Below are positions 27,852-40,683 of a stretch of 64,000 nucleotides of DNA, piece by piece. A program made the position numbers and the translations under genes. The DNA is from Blasia pusilla. Lineage: Eukaryota. The stretch's first letter is position 1, and each line of letters begins with the position of its first letter. Location of the stretch: contig CM114271.1 in NCBI GenBank assembly GCA_050084515.1, forward strand, positions 16,244,001 to 16,308,000, written 5' to 3'. The notes beneath the pieces are model-generated. The model was not told the origin of the DNA. It saw only the letters and a list, made by a program, of their open reading frames with translations, and ran no database searches.

Positions 27852-28595
27852 GTGATTTATTCATTTTGTGCAGGGACATGGGATTTAGAAGAGGGAAGAG
27901 GGTTTCCTATTTTTAAAAATTAATACAAAAATACTAATCCATGATAAACTTTTTTCCTCGATGTGAGGGATAAGAAAGATTTTCTTTTTAAAATTACTGA
28001 AATAAGGCACTCTTTGGTTTGATTTTCATGGCTGGAAATATTCAAGATGAAATCTATCTATAGTATCATGTATGTTGGCCTCTTGCATGTTAAACTGGAA
28101 ATTGCAACATGAGTCCAAAGGCATTCACATATGGCAGTTCTTCATTGGTTGCAGTTTCCAAAACCATTAGATTGGAAATATTTTCAAGTCAAATATCAAT
28201 GTATGCATATACCAAACCATGAAAATTTTCATATCATCCATCTAATCCAATGCATCACATGGGAATAAAACTTCCAATTTTCAATATGAGAGGAAAGGAG
28301 ACTTAGGCAATTAGGGGAAAGAAGGATAAATTTTCAACAAGGGAGAGGAAGAGATAAAGGTATAAATTTACAACAAGGAATGGTTTTAGGAGGAATTTTT
28401 TTTTCTGTAAGTGAAGTAGATACTTATTGGGAGGAGTTCCCTAGGACCCTCCCTCTATTTTTAGGGATACAAAAATGTGAACTATTAACAAAGGAAGGGG
28501 AGTCAATAAGAATTGAAGCACTCATTCTTATAGAAGTTCATTTCAAAATAGTAGATGTGTTTGTAATTGTTGGATTTAGTTCATAGTCTATAAAT

Positions 28596-28906
28596 CATGG
28601 TTGCAAAAAAATGGACAAGTCCGTCCCTAAGATGGGCAACTTTGGACACGTCCATGCACATGGATTGTAAGAGGTGGGATCCACACTTTATAGTTCATGA
28701 TGGAAGGGCAAGTAGGACCATAAAGGGGAAGGGAGTGGAGGTGGAGGAAGGAAGAAACACGAGAATCTAGAACTTGAAGGCAAGTAGGAGGAATGAGAAA
28801 AGAAGGGGAAGGTGGGGCCCATATAAACAAGTCCTTACATAAGACGACGTAAGTTCATAGACATGGAGATGTTTGCGGACATAGACTTTGTCAATAAGCA
28901 ATTTTG
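28596..28906. mobile_element. hAT-type MITE, copy 3
   Basis: Left TIR CATGGTTGCA, degenerate right TIR agcaattttg, perfect TSD ctataaat / ctataaat. It is homologous to copy 2. Confidence 0.85.
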
Positions 28907-30120
28907 CTATAAATTGAGGGACATTTTCCCCTTTCTGATTGGAGGCTCTCAATATTCCATAAGAATTACATACAATATTTTACTTAGCCTTATTTTCTCT
29001 TACAATGATTTTGAGTTGAGATAAGGTATGCTCTCACTTTGGCGAGTAGTAAGTAGGTAAATATCCACGTGAAAACTCCAAGAATTAGAGTTGATTCGAG
29101 TTGAAGGTCTGAAACTCAATCTGCTATAAACACCAAGGAGGTAAACTGTTGGACGAATCACGTTTGAAGAGGTGCAATTTTGGCTGAGTTTTCCAATTAC
29201 TATCCATTTGATTTTCTGTCGTAGAAATCTATATGATGTAATAGGGCAAGTACAACTAGTTATGGTTCTTTCTGATATTAGTGTGCGGTTGATAATTCCT
29301 AATGGAAATTGTTACCAATTCCAAATATGATAATTAGATATGGAAGGAAGAACAAAGTCTTATAAACATATGCATAACCATTGAAACACACTTGTGCAAT
29401 CTACTACTCATTTTGGAGCATGGAGCGTGGATCGTCGTTCGTCTTGTTGATCTTTGCTTCCACCCAAAAAAATTTGGGGTTGCATGCTACAACCATAGGA
29501 CATATTGCTCTACAATAGAAGCTGACATGCATTCACATCTTGGGTTATGACCAGCCTGCAATCAACATCTTGTGGATATTTGCATACTAAATCTCCACAC
29601 GGCCCATGCACCCTCAAGCAAGAATTTCTACCTTCATGATCACATCTTTGATGGTTGGATCATAGGGCCTCTATACCAGATCGAATGCAACGCAAGCTTG
29701 CATGTACCTATCTAGTTCCAATAGAGCCAATCCCTTGCAACCTAACCTTGACATGTGTGGGATTAGCTTCAAGAGCCCTCTTGGTATCGATCTAGGCCTA
29801 CAACTTCATACACAACAAAGCAACTCAATTCCCCAAAAGCAAAGGACTTCCTCCCAAAGTGCCCTTGCAAACACTTGCTTATCGAATATGTCTGTAATCC
29901 GACATAGAACACGAACGAGAGAGTTTGGTATACCAACACAAGGTGATTTGGTAGGAATGCAAATCATGGAAGAGGAAAGGCTAAAAGTTGGCAAGGTTGG
30001 ACTAAAGTACGAAGTTTATCACAAATCCGTAGAGCCCATGCGATGTTGATCCATCAAATGAACGATCTTACTATTCTTTTGAGATTTAGGTAAAGCCTAT
30101 CAATTTCTATCCATTCAAAA

Positions 30121-30547
30121 AAAGGTTATACTAAAATAGACAAGTCTGGACATGTCCACACACTTGCCCAATGGGTCCCTTGCCCGAGTTTTTTCACATC
30201 TCGATGGTTCACACAGGCTCAAGACGTAAGAATGGATGTAAGGCAAGGATCGAACGGGTGTGCAGGCTATGAGCCCTTGCCTCCCTCGACCACAGCCCGC
30301 ACAAGAACGCCCTAAGCATCTACAGGCTCGCGGCAGGCCTACACTTGGCGAGTGGATGCGGGCTACAAAACGTGCACGAGCTATAAAACACATGCAAGCT
30401 AAGTGAGGCTGGGTTTACTGTACGAGCAAGGCGGAGCTCGAGGGAGAACTCAGAAGCACGCCCTAGGTACCCCCGCCTGCACGAAAAAGTCCATCCTAGG
30501 GACGAACATAAGGTCACGCATACGAACTTTGTCCGTGTGCAACCCTC
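30121..30547. mobile_element. hAT-type MITE, related family (similar ends, different interior)
   Basis: Ends aaaggttata...tgtgcaaccctc; perfect TSD attcaaaa / attcaaaa; shares ggacatgtcc and gaactttgtcc subterminal motifs. Confidence 0.75.
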
Positions 30548-30859
30548 ATTCAAAAGGAGAGAGAAAAGAGTATCTATTTATCTCCCTGTCTTCATCCGTA
30601 CCCTTCTATGAGTAAATACGATATATTATAGGGGAGGATGGGGAGTAGGTAGAGACATACCCTCTCCATTATGTGGTATATAGAAATTTGGGGGATATAG
30701 AATGAGTTTCAAATAGTTCCTTCCCTTTTTCAATCAAAAGTATGAAAATAGATTAAAACATATCCAATGGGTTCAAGAGATTCACACAAGCCCAATAAGA
30801 TTAGTATTCTGTAAAAGTGTTCAACAAATATCAGCTTTTCATCCAATTATCCCAAAACA

Positions 30860-31400
30860 CTTCTCGCACCACTTATCTACACCACAACGATCCGATTCTT
30901 ACTAGGCCTCCCCTGACCATCGACGGTTAGTTCGACACATAAAGAATTTCGACAGAGTCTGGATCCGCTTGTACACATTTGTTACATTGTCAAGTTAGGG
31001 TTGAGCGAATAGCCACTAACGATGAGATATGATGTTCTCTATTCCTCATGAGAGTGATTGTGACACGTAGAGAGAGTGGCACTACTCCATGCAGGATTCC
31101 CTTATTTGTGTAGATTTTAATATGACCTGTTCAGTGGCAATGGTTGACATTGTAGTGAAGAATCCTATGCGGGAGTCTGTGCAAACACATATGCTGGCAC
31201 AAGGAAGATTGCTACATGGAACAATCGCAATGGCGAAGAAGACCCATATTTATAAATGACTTCACAAAGGGCATCGACTCCATAGACATGATTGGCTCTA
31301 AGGGAGAGGCACACATCATCTCCATTCCAAAAATGGATTGTCCTTAACTATAGCCAATTTTTACCGTAGGTGAAGGGCCTCCATAGGTTTGCAACGTGCC
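30860..31400 (+). mobile_element. Old 5'-truncated fragment of CRE-like non-LTR retrotransposon subfamily B (zinc knuckle/REL region)
   Basis: Colinear nucleotide similarity to 58750-59340, e.g. gagtctggatcc, atagccact, ggcactactccatgca.gattcccttat, gcacaagg.agattgctaca, aagaagaccca.atttata. Confidence 0.75.
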
Positions 31401-32219
31401 CATCACGGAACCGATATTGTCTCTCTTTTTTATGAGTTCAGCTTGTAAGGGGAACCCCTTTTTCCGTCACCCCTATTCGATGAAGCCTTGGCTCCCACAT
31501 AGTCCCCCTTTTTGGCGTTCTCCCAAAAGCAGGAAATTCATGAACGCTACTCGTATGGGAATTTGGGTAAAACCGGACCCTCCCCTTCTTGGAAGGTTCT
31601 CGTTGGTGGAGGAGGACTATGGAGGAAGACTATGGCGGACGTTTAGAATTTTATTTGTAACTATTTTCATGGTGATCCAATCTTTTCAATTTAAGGCCCA
31701 ATGTGTTCATCTTCTCAAGCTTGAACTTTGGGTTCTTCTTTTTTCCACTTAAGATTGAGATTTCCAAAGTTCTTGGGATCTTTGGACCTCCTTCTCTCCT
31801 AAGTGTGCTCATAGATTTCTATATGCAATTTCAAACATAGCGCTCTCCTTATAGAGTGATACCATCTTACCATCGGTTTAACGGATTCCTCTTGCTTTTC
31901 TGGATCTTTTGATACGGGCTGGGCCCAACATTACGAACTCATTCCCTCATAGCGGTCATTGGTGGGTGCCTCACTTCCTCCCCCACATCCTCTTTTTTGG
32001 TGTTTCCAATTTCTTTCATAACTTTCTTCTCGAATGTCGGTTTTGGGCGTGTATGGGCTTGTTTTGATCGTCTTGACGAGCTCGTTCTTTTGATATCAAG
32101 TAGGTTTTCTACTTTTTATTCCTTCTTTGTAGGCGCCTATTTTTGTGTACGGGTTTGTTTTAGGTCAATTCCTCCCAAAAGTATTCCTTGCTCTTTCAAC
32201 TCCTTACCTTATTGTTTTG

Positions 32220-35200
32220 CCCCTACATACGTTTAGAACATTAGAAATTCATATTCTTGAGCCACCTCTTCCGATACCATATCCATCACTTTTCCTTTTC
32301 AATTACTTTTTATATTTTTCTTATAGTAACTTTCAATCATAAATTCGGTATTGCCTAATCTTCATCTCTCCACTACTTTTGCTTTGCTCATTATCCTCAT
32401 GCTTTCTCCAAACCACGTTCCGTATGTCTTTTCTTATCTTCGGAGACTTGCCTACTTTTACTTCTATGTCATCAGAGATGGAGTTGGATTCTCCATCTAC
32501 TCGCTTATCTGGTTTTACACGCCCTCCTACAGCCGTAACCTCTCCCCTTGGTTCACCTCTTCATCGTCGATCTCGCCATTTTCCTCCCGATGCTAATACA
32601 CCCATTACACTCGCTACATTTCTTCCGGATTCTCCTCTTCTCCCTTCTTCGCCTTGTCCTATTGAGCCTAATCCTGATCCATTATTACCAAATCCTTCTA
32701 CTTTGCCATCCCCACATATCTCATCTATGCCCTTGCTTCCAACTCCTATCTATTATATCCAAATCTCCCCTCCTCCTCCTTCCCCAACCTATTTACCCCC
32801 TCATCGTCGGCCATCACCACCTCTTGCACCTCCCACCTCCTCTCCTTGTAACCCTTCTACTTCTCCATTTGTACCAAAGGTTCGTTGCATACCTTGTGGT
32901 AAGGACTTTGCTCCTAATGGGATCAAAAGACATCAGCGGTACTGTCGATCCATGCATGGGCCTTCAATCACTCCCCACAACAACTGCTTGGACGTGGTTA
33001 AGCCAAATTGATCTCCTTCGCTCTTTCCATCCAGGTCTTCCTCGTCCTAGACTCTACACTTGCATTCCTATTGCTCTTCGCCCCATCACCCAACAAGCTT
33101 TGCTATTCCCATTAGAAAGGTTAGCGCGTGACCCCTTAGATATAAATGCTTGGTATCTCCTATTACTCTTCCCGCAATGGGTTTTAGTCCTCCCTCCAAG
33201 GGGTGCAATGGGTCATCGTGAAACCTCCACACGTATTCAACGCTTTATGTCGGGATTGGGAGAATCTTTGAGAATGAGCATGTACTTGTGAGGCCTTAGT
33301 GCGGCTCATGCCACTTAACATGCCAATCATGGGAGGCCTTCAATACAACAACGCCGACGAAGTCTACTATTGGGGCAGGTTGGTGAGTTTTCACGCAGCT
33401 CGAGCATTGGGTCATCTTTCTCCGGCGGTTCCAAGTGCGGAAACAGTGGCTCTCTTAGAAGCTCTTCATCCTCCTTCAAGTGGCGATGCTCCATCTTTTG
33501 TGGAAGACTATACAAAGACCTTGACTTGGATCTTGACTTGGAGGTTTTCACTAGGCTTTTCTGCATACTCCTCGCTTATCGGCAAGCGGGCTATCGGGAT
33601 GGTTTTTGAGCATCTCCGCGATTGCTTTATCCCAGCAGATTCAGCAAGTGGCTTTGTCTCTCTATATAAGGTGTGTGCACATATGGCGGCAGGTCGTCTC
33701 CCATTCTCTATCTCTAGGCTCTTAGGGGCTTGTCGTTTGTTGGCTATGGATAAGCCTCCTTTAGGTGTGCGCCCTTTGGCTATTGGAGAGGTTTTATACC
33801 GCTTGGTCAGTCGATCCCTATGCTTGCAATTTCGTCCTCACTTTAGTGCCCACTTATTTCCTCATCAATTTGGAGTGGCAACTCCTGGAGGTTGTGAGGC
33901 TGTGGTGCATGGGATTCGCTCCACTCTTGATATTCATCCAGATTGGGTAGCAATTCAAGTCGATGTGGCTAACGCATTCAATTCAGTTTCTCGTGCGGCC
34001 ATCTTTGAGGAATTACGTTGTGTAGGAGGACAACCTGCGAGCCTCATTCCATTTGTTTGCTCCTTCTATGCCTATGATACGCCCATTATCTATTCCCATC
34101 ATGCTACTTCTCGGGAATATAGTATTCTCAAATCGGCTTGTGGCACACGTCAAGGTGATCCCATAAGAGGCCCACTCTTTGCCATTGCCCATTTTCGTGC
34201 CCTTCGAACATCAGCGCAAGCCTTTCCATCTTGTCTTTTCCCTTCTATTGCTGATGACACTCACATTTTAGGTCCTCCTTCTGAAGTGGTTCCTGCTTAT
34301 ACCCATTTCGTGGAGCAACTCTCTTTCTTATTAAACCTTAAAGTCCAACCTAGTAAATGTGGAGTATGGTCTCCTTCATGCCTTCCCTCAACATTCACCC
34401 CACCTACTCCTGATTTTCCCATTTACATTGAAGGGGTTAGAGTTCTTGGGGTCCCAATTGGCTTCATCGACTATGTCTCAAAGTTCTTGGATGAGGCCCT
34501 TTTGAAAGATGTGGAATGGCTTCATTTATTACCTCATCTTGGGGATCCCCAAGTGGCTTATGGGATTCTCTCCCAATGTTTTCTTCGACGTCCTTCCTAC
34601 CTTCTTCGCACTTGTCCTCCCACTTCAAGCTTCTTACATCGGCTGGCCTCTTTTGATGCTTCTATCTTGGCAACTTTTGGTAAACTTCTTGGCCCGAATA
34701 CCTTTGAGGGAGAGGATGGTGTCTTTGCTTCACGACAAGCTATCTTGCCTATTTCTTTTGGAGGGGTGGGACTATCCTCCACAGTCACATCTGCCCCCGT
34801 AGCCTTTTTGGGGAGTTGGGCGTTGGTAGCACCGATTATGGCTTCAAGGTTTCTCCAAGGAGATACACCTATCTTGATGGATCATATCGCCCATGTCGAG
34901 GAGGGGGACTTGTTATTTCAACAACAACTAAGATCTGCACGAGCTCTTCTTCCTCTTGCTACACAAGCAATTCTACCCCCTTTCAGTCAACTAATTACAG
35001 AAGGGCTTGATCGACTTCAAGAGCATATCTCCGAGAATCTGCATCAAATAAACTTTTCCAAAGATTCTCTCGAGGCATCCTCGACGCTAATCGAGCTCGC
35101 TCTACGTTCATGTCTTTGGTACCGGAGCGGAGGCGTGGCTTACTGCAAATCCTCTTATTCTTCCATTTCGTCTTCCTCGAAGGATATTCTCGATAGCTTT

Positions 35201-36033
35201 TGATTACGTCTTGACTTCCCCATCCTTCTCTCTTAGGTGTGCCAAATTGTGTATGGGGATCCTATTGATGCCAAGGGTATCCATATTCTCCGATGTGCAC
35301 ATGGTGGAAACGAACGGCCACACATGATGTCATTAGAGAGGCGGTAGCATCGGTGGCTCGACGGGGGATATACCGTTGGGCAAGAGCAACTCCACGCCCT
35401 ACCTTCAACCACACAAGCAACCTCTCGTCGGAGAGTGGATCTTGTTATGTCTCGAGGTGGATTCGGACACTAGGTGATGTGGTGGTTCTTTGATCCAACA
35501 CGTTCGACTTGGTGTGTAGAGCCGCACATACCAAAGGTTTGGCGGCCGAAGCTGCAGCAAGAATCAAGGAGTTAAGTTATCTTTGTGAGACATGCGATCG
35601 ACGGATTTATTCCATTTGCAAAGTGGAAGTATTCGGTCATTTACATGTGTCTTTTGATACTTTCCTCGAAAACATGTGCTCACCACTCCCTCGAGAATCA
35701 TCACCTTGCCCCTTCCCGTAGTCCTTCTCTCTCGGTAGTTACTACTTATTTTAGGCAATGCATCTCATTGGCCTTACAACGTGCACAAGCCTTGGCATTA
35801 ATACGTCGTGCAGAGGTGGTGGGAGGTCGCTCGCCTCGTCGTCCATTCACGTCTGACCAACCACTCGTGTTCTTGTCAGATTTGTTTCAAGCAATCAATC
35901 GTGTTGCTCGTTGAACCGGTATTTACTTTTTGCCATTTTCTTTTTGCATTCTTTTTATGCATTTTTTTACTCCTCTTTTGAGTTGTTATTAAGTTTCTTT
36001 GTCCTCTTTGAGGTTTGTTTTATAATAAAGTGG
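32220..36033 (+). mobile_element. CRE-like non-LTR retrotransposon, subfamily A, copy 1 (single ORF ~32424-35914, frameshifted); 5' boundary uncertain, possibly ~31700
   Basis: Pro/Ser-rich N-terminus and zinc finger CIPCGKDFAPNGIKRHQRYC. RT motifs: GVRPLAIGE, QFGVATPGGCE, QVDVANAFNSVSR, GTRQGDP, SIADDTHILG, GVRVLGVPIG. C-terminal zinc knuckle with THD, REL nuclease (RVDL..LGDVV..IKELSY..FIPF..EVFG) and ISLALQRAQA. Confidence 0.9.
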
Positions 36034-37406
36034 TTTCCTCTCGATCTAGCCCTAAATACCCGTAAAGATATCACAGGTGTCAGACAAATAAAGATCCGAT
36101 CTCACCTAACACGTGGCGATGTTGGAGGGTCAAGAAAGGGCTCCGGTCGGAAGTCCGTGGCCCGCACGACAAGAGAAGAACGAAGTGCAGTGCAGGGGAG
36201 AAAGAGGACGGGCCGGGATCGGGCGATCGCGGGCCGAGGCAGAAAACAGAGTGAGAGGCGCTGCATGCGCTCTGTGATCTCTTCTTCCCTCTTCTATGGG
36301 GGATTCCTGCGGAGCAACTCTTTGGCTTTTGCCTAGTGCTTGTGCGCTTTTGTTGCTAAGTTGGGGTTGATGAGGAGCTCTGTAATTTTGCTCTTTTTTT
36401 CTGATGCATGAGCGTTTGTGGTGCTGTGAGCAGAAGTCGTTGCTGCGGATTGCGCAGGAGCTCCGTACTTCTGTCCAATTCGTGTGGAGGTTTGACAGCG
36501 CTGGTCCCGGGAATTCCGGCTAAAACGCGGTGCGGGAATTTCTAGAGGTGCTGGTGGTGTTCTGGCCTTCTTCACTTGTGGTTGTAAGCTTCATCGCTTG
36601 TACGCGAAGAAGGGCTGTCGCACTGGTGCCCGACTTGAAGGTCCTCGGGAGCAGTCATTGGGAACTCGCCTGTGACACGAGTAAATTCTCTATGTCCTCT
36701 ATGGTCTGATTGTCGTGAGACGTCCGGGTGGATCTGAATTGCGCTATGTTTTAGCATTTGAATTCCGGCGCTGACATTCCCTGCCGATTGAGATCCTGAT
36801 ACTGACGGTGTACAGATTCTGAAGCTCTGGAGAGGATTAATTTGGAGACGATCTGAAAGTTCGGTACCTCGTCTAGAGGGGAGGTGCCTTGTCTAGAGGC
36901 TCGTTATGGTTTTGTAAAGATAGTGAGGTCGCCCTCACTATCTGGTTTGGGTTGCTGGATCAGGTGATGAAGTGACGGGAGAATTGCAGACAAAACGAGG
37001 GGACGAGAGATTCCACTCGTTAAGTACTGCCTGTGGTCACAGAGAGATAGAGAGATGGTACAACTGAGTTTGCCACAGGAAATTGAGGTTTGGGGAATAA
37101 GGTGGGGGTCTCTGAGGCTGTTTTTCTGACTCCTATTGCCAGGAAATTGTACAGTTGCTGAAAGGTCCCCGGAGAATCGGGCGAAGAGGTGTGTTTGTGT
37201 GGACTCCAATTTGGTGCTGAATGCACATGTAGAAGGTGGCTCCACTGGTGATTGGGTTCCAGTCTTGAACTGTGTGAAGGCAATCGGCGAAGGTGAAAGG
37301 CGACAAATCGAAGTCGACTGTCCACTTCGATTTGTGGAGTATCCCCCTCAAGGAGGAGGAGAAGGGAATTTTGCAGCGGAGGAGGATTTCAGAGTGGACC
37401 ATCGAG

Positions 37407-40400
37407 ATGGTGGGAAACGACCTCCCAAAATGCGAAGCAAATTATGCCCCACTGACTCCTTTAACTTTCATACAGCGAACGGCGGCCATCTATCCTCAGA
37501 AGGCGTCCGTGGTTTATGGTGAACGGCATTTCACTTGGTCTCAGACGTTAGAGCGATGTCGTCGTCTTGCTTCAGCACTGCGGTCCCATTCTATCTCCGC
37601 AGGGGACACGGTGCGTTCTAATCTCGTGCTCTGCTTTCATGGAAGAGAGAATGTCAAAGTGATGAGCTGATTGATTTATCCTCCCAGATGACCTCCAGAA
37701 GGCCATGGGGCTGCGAGAGAAGAATGAAGTGAGAGACTGTCCATGGGAGCTAGAAATCACACTTGTCGTAGTATTCAGCTAGCTAAATCATGCTAGTGTG
37801 GGACGGTCACGGTATCGTAGGAAGCCAAACATCGTGGGTAGTATGATACTCTGGCGACCACACACTGAGGCAGAAACGTAGGCATTGGGAGATTCGTACT
37901 GCACTGGAAAGCAGTGACAGTAAGGGATAAAATCCTCTCACGGAAGGTGCATTTGAGAAGGGGGTGCTCCCAAGACATCGTCGTGTTCTTCTAGCCAGTG
38001 CCTGACTAGAAGACTAGTAGACGTTGGGTCTTCGAGGTTTGAGGCTTGCTCAATTAATCTCCCAACGCTCATGAAAGTGGGGCAGTTTCCCATACTCCGC
38101 CCCTCTCAGCTGTGTCCTGGTAGGTCCCTCTCTGCCCCATCATCCATGGCATTGTGGAGCTCTTCCAAGTGTTCCTCGGTAATCGACAGGCATGCCCCAC
38201 TCAAGACGCCAACGTTCCAGTTTTTGGAAATAGCCAGAGCAGTTTCGCTAGATACTTCGAAAGCTAGTCAAGACGGGCCCGTAATTATTACAATCTTCGA
38301 TATTTTCTAGCATCTGGAGAAACTTGGTCAATGGATCGAGAGCAGGCATGTCAAGCGAAGCTTTCCCAGACCCTTGTCAAAACCGAATGAAAGCTGGTTG
38401 AGGAATCCTGCCTAGATCTTCCTTTGGTCTCTCATGATTTGAACATGGAATTCATCTCTCACTCAGACGAAAGTCCTTGTTGAACTGCAATGTTGAACAA
38501 CTTAGTGATAACGGGATAGAATAAGTCTTTGGCTCACGGTGCTAGTGCTGAAATCCCTGATTCAACAGTTTCCAGAATGTCAGGTATTTCTCCTTCACTC
38601 ACCTCTTGGATCGGTACAGCAGTGTCAAAATTCTAAAGCTTGTGACCATACGCAATTCACAGACCTGAAAATCTTGTATATATGGGTGTATGGCCCTTAA
38701 TATTCCCGAATGCTCTCCAGCAGTGTGCAATGTTGTACTCCAGATGCTCTGCATAAAATAGGATTATGTCTGCAATGCAAATGCATTCGTAACCTTTCCT
38801 ATGAGCCATTAATCAATCAGATATGTGTAAAGGTTGGGTCTACCGTACCTGCAAGAGATATTGATCTACATCCCAGGCACCTCTTTAAAATGAATCCGGA
38901 AAAATGCAGGTCGCTGTGGTAGCTCCAAATGTCCCTGCAATGTATGAGTGCCACTTTGGGGTACCAATGGCAGGCGCAGTGCTGAACACCTTGAACATTC
39001 GACTGGATGTGCGTATTATGGCTAGGATCCTGGGTCACTCAGAGGCCAAATTGGTGTTTGTGGATACTGATTTTCTCACAACTGTTCAAGAGGCACTGCA
39101 ATTCCTCTCTGATATAAATCCTACAGCTTGCAAGCCTTTGTTGGTTCACATTGAAGATGAAGCATCGGAAAAGGTTGCCGAAGTGAGAGCTGGCAGGATG
39201 GGAAAGCTTCTCGAATTCGAAGATTTTCTGAGAATGGGAGATCCAACATATCCCATGTGTTGGCCAGAGGACGAGTGGAACACCATCTCAGTAAACTATA
39301 CTTCAGGCACGACATCGCACCCGAAAGGTGTAGTTTATCATCACAGAGGAGCTTACATCAATGCACTGGTTACCGCTTTGGAATGGCAGATGCCCACCTG
39401 TCCAGTTTACCTATGGACTTTGCCTATGTTCCATTGCAACGGGTGGTGCTTCCCCTGGACTGTGGCTGCTCAAGCTGGCACTAACATCTGTCTAAGATCT
39501 GTGACACCGAAGGCTGTCTTTGATGCAATAGCAGACTATCGTGTGACACATATGTGTGGAGCTCCAGTCATCCTAAATATGATAGCCTCTGCAATGGAGC
39601 ATGAGCAAAGACCCATTTCGCACAAGGTGGCGATGATCACTGGTGGAGCTCCACCTCCAGCTCAGATCCTTGCCACCATGGAGTCTCTGGGGTTTTCAGT
39701 GACCCATTCTTATGGACTGACTGAGAGCTATGGTCCTGCAACATGGTGTGTATGGAAGGATAAATGGAATTTACTTAATCTTGATGAGAGAGCAAAGCTC
39801 AAAGCACGCCAAGGGGTGGCTCACATGGGACTGTCTGATGCGGATGTGTTGGATCCACTAACAATGACTCCAGTTCCTCGTGATGGCCAAACCATGGGAG
39901 AAGTCATGATGAAGGGGAACACGATAATGAAAGGATACTTGAAGGACTCAAAGCAAACAGAGGAGGCTTTTAGAGGGGGATGGTTCCACACAGGTACTGG
40001 TTTCTTTCTCGTTCACCCAGGGAAATAGCAGACCATAAGATTTATTTGTGCAGATTCTGATAACCATACTATTCGGTCAACATAGGTTTTCCTGCAATAA
40101 GATTCCTCTTTCTTTTTTAGTTGAAGCTATCTGTCATATTTTCTTTTGGTACATACTTTATCATGTTAAGATGCACTTCAATGCATGTAATAGTACATAT
40201 TATAATTAAAGGATACTATTGCAAGATTAGGAGTATACACTTCACATGCATGTTTACTTCACTGCAGGGGATCTTGGAGTAATGCATCCTGATAACTTCA
40301 TAGCTCTCAAGGATCGTTCAAAGGATATCATTATATCCGGCGGGGAGAACATAAGCAGTATTGAGGTGGAGTCGATCCTGTTCCGCCACCCACAAATTCT

Positions 40401-40683
40401 TGATGTGGCTGTTGTGGCTCGACCAGACAAATTCTGGGGTGAAACTCCATGCGCATTTGTCACACTTCGGGATCCCAGCATCTTGAACTTAGGTTCAGGT
40501 GGTGTTACTGAGGAAAGTGTTATCGAGTACTGCAGGACACATATGCCACGCTTCATGATCCCTCGCACGGTAGTGTTTGGAGACCTTCCCAAGACTGTCA
40601 CAGGTAAAGTGCAGAAGAATGTTCTGAGGGAACGAGCCAAGCAACTTGGTGCAAAGGTTGAGCAGACACCAAGTAAGTTGTAG
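37407..40683 (+). CDS. Peroxisomal acyl-activating enzyme (plant AAE clade, short-chain acyl-CoA ligase-like), 567 aa; exons 37407-37610, 38910-39993, 40268-40683
   Basis: Motifs ANYAPLTPLTF, AMP-binding YTSGTTSHPKGV, YLWTLPMFHCNGW, YGLTE, GWFHTGDL, DRSKDIIISGGENISS and LPKTVTGK. The C-terminus is SKL (PTS1). GT-AG junctions keep the frame (phase 0, then phase 1). Confidence 0.93.
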
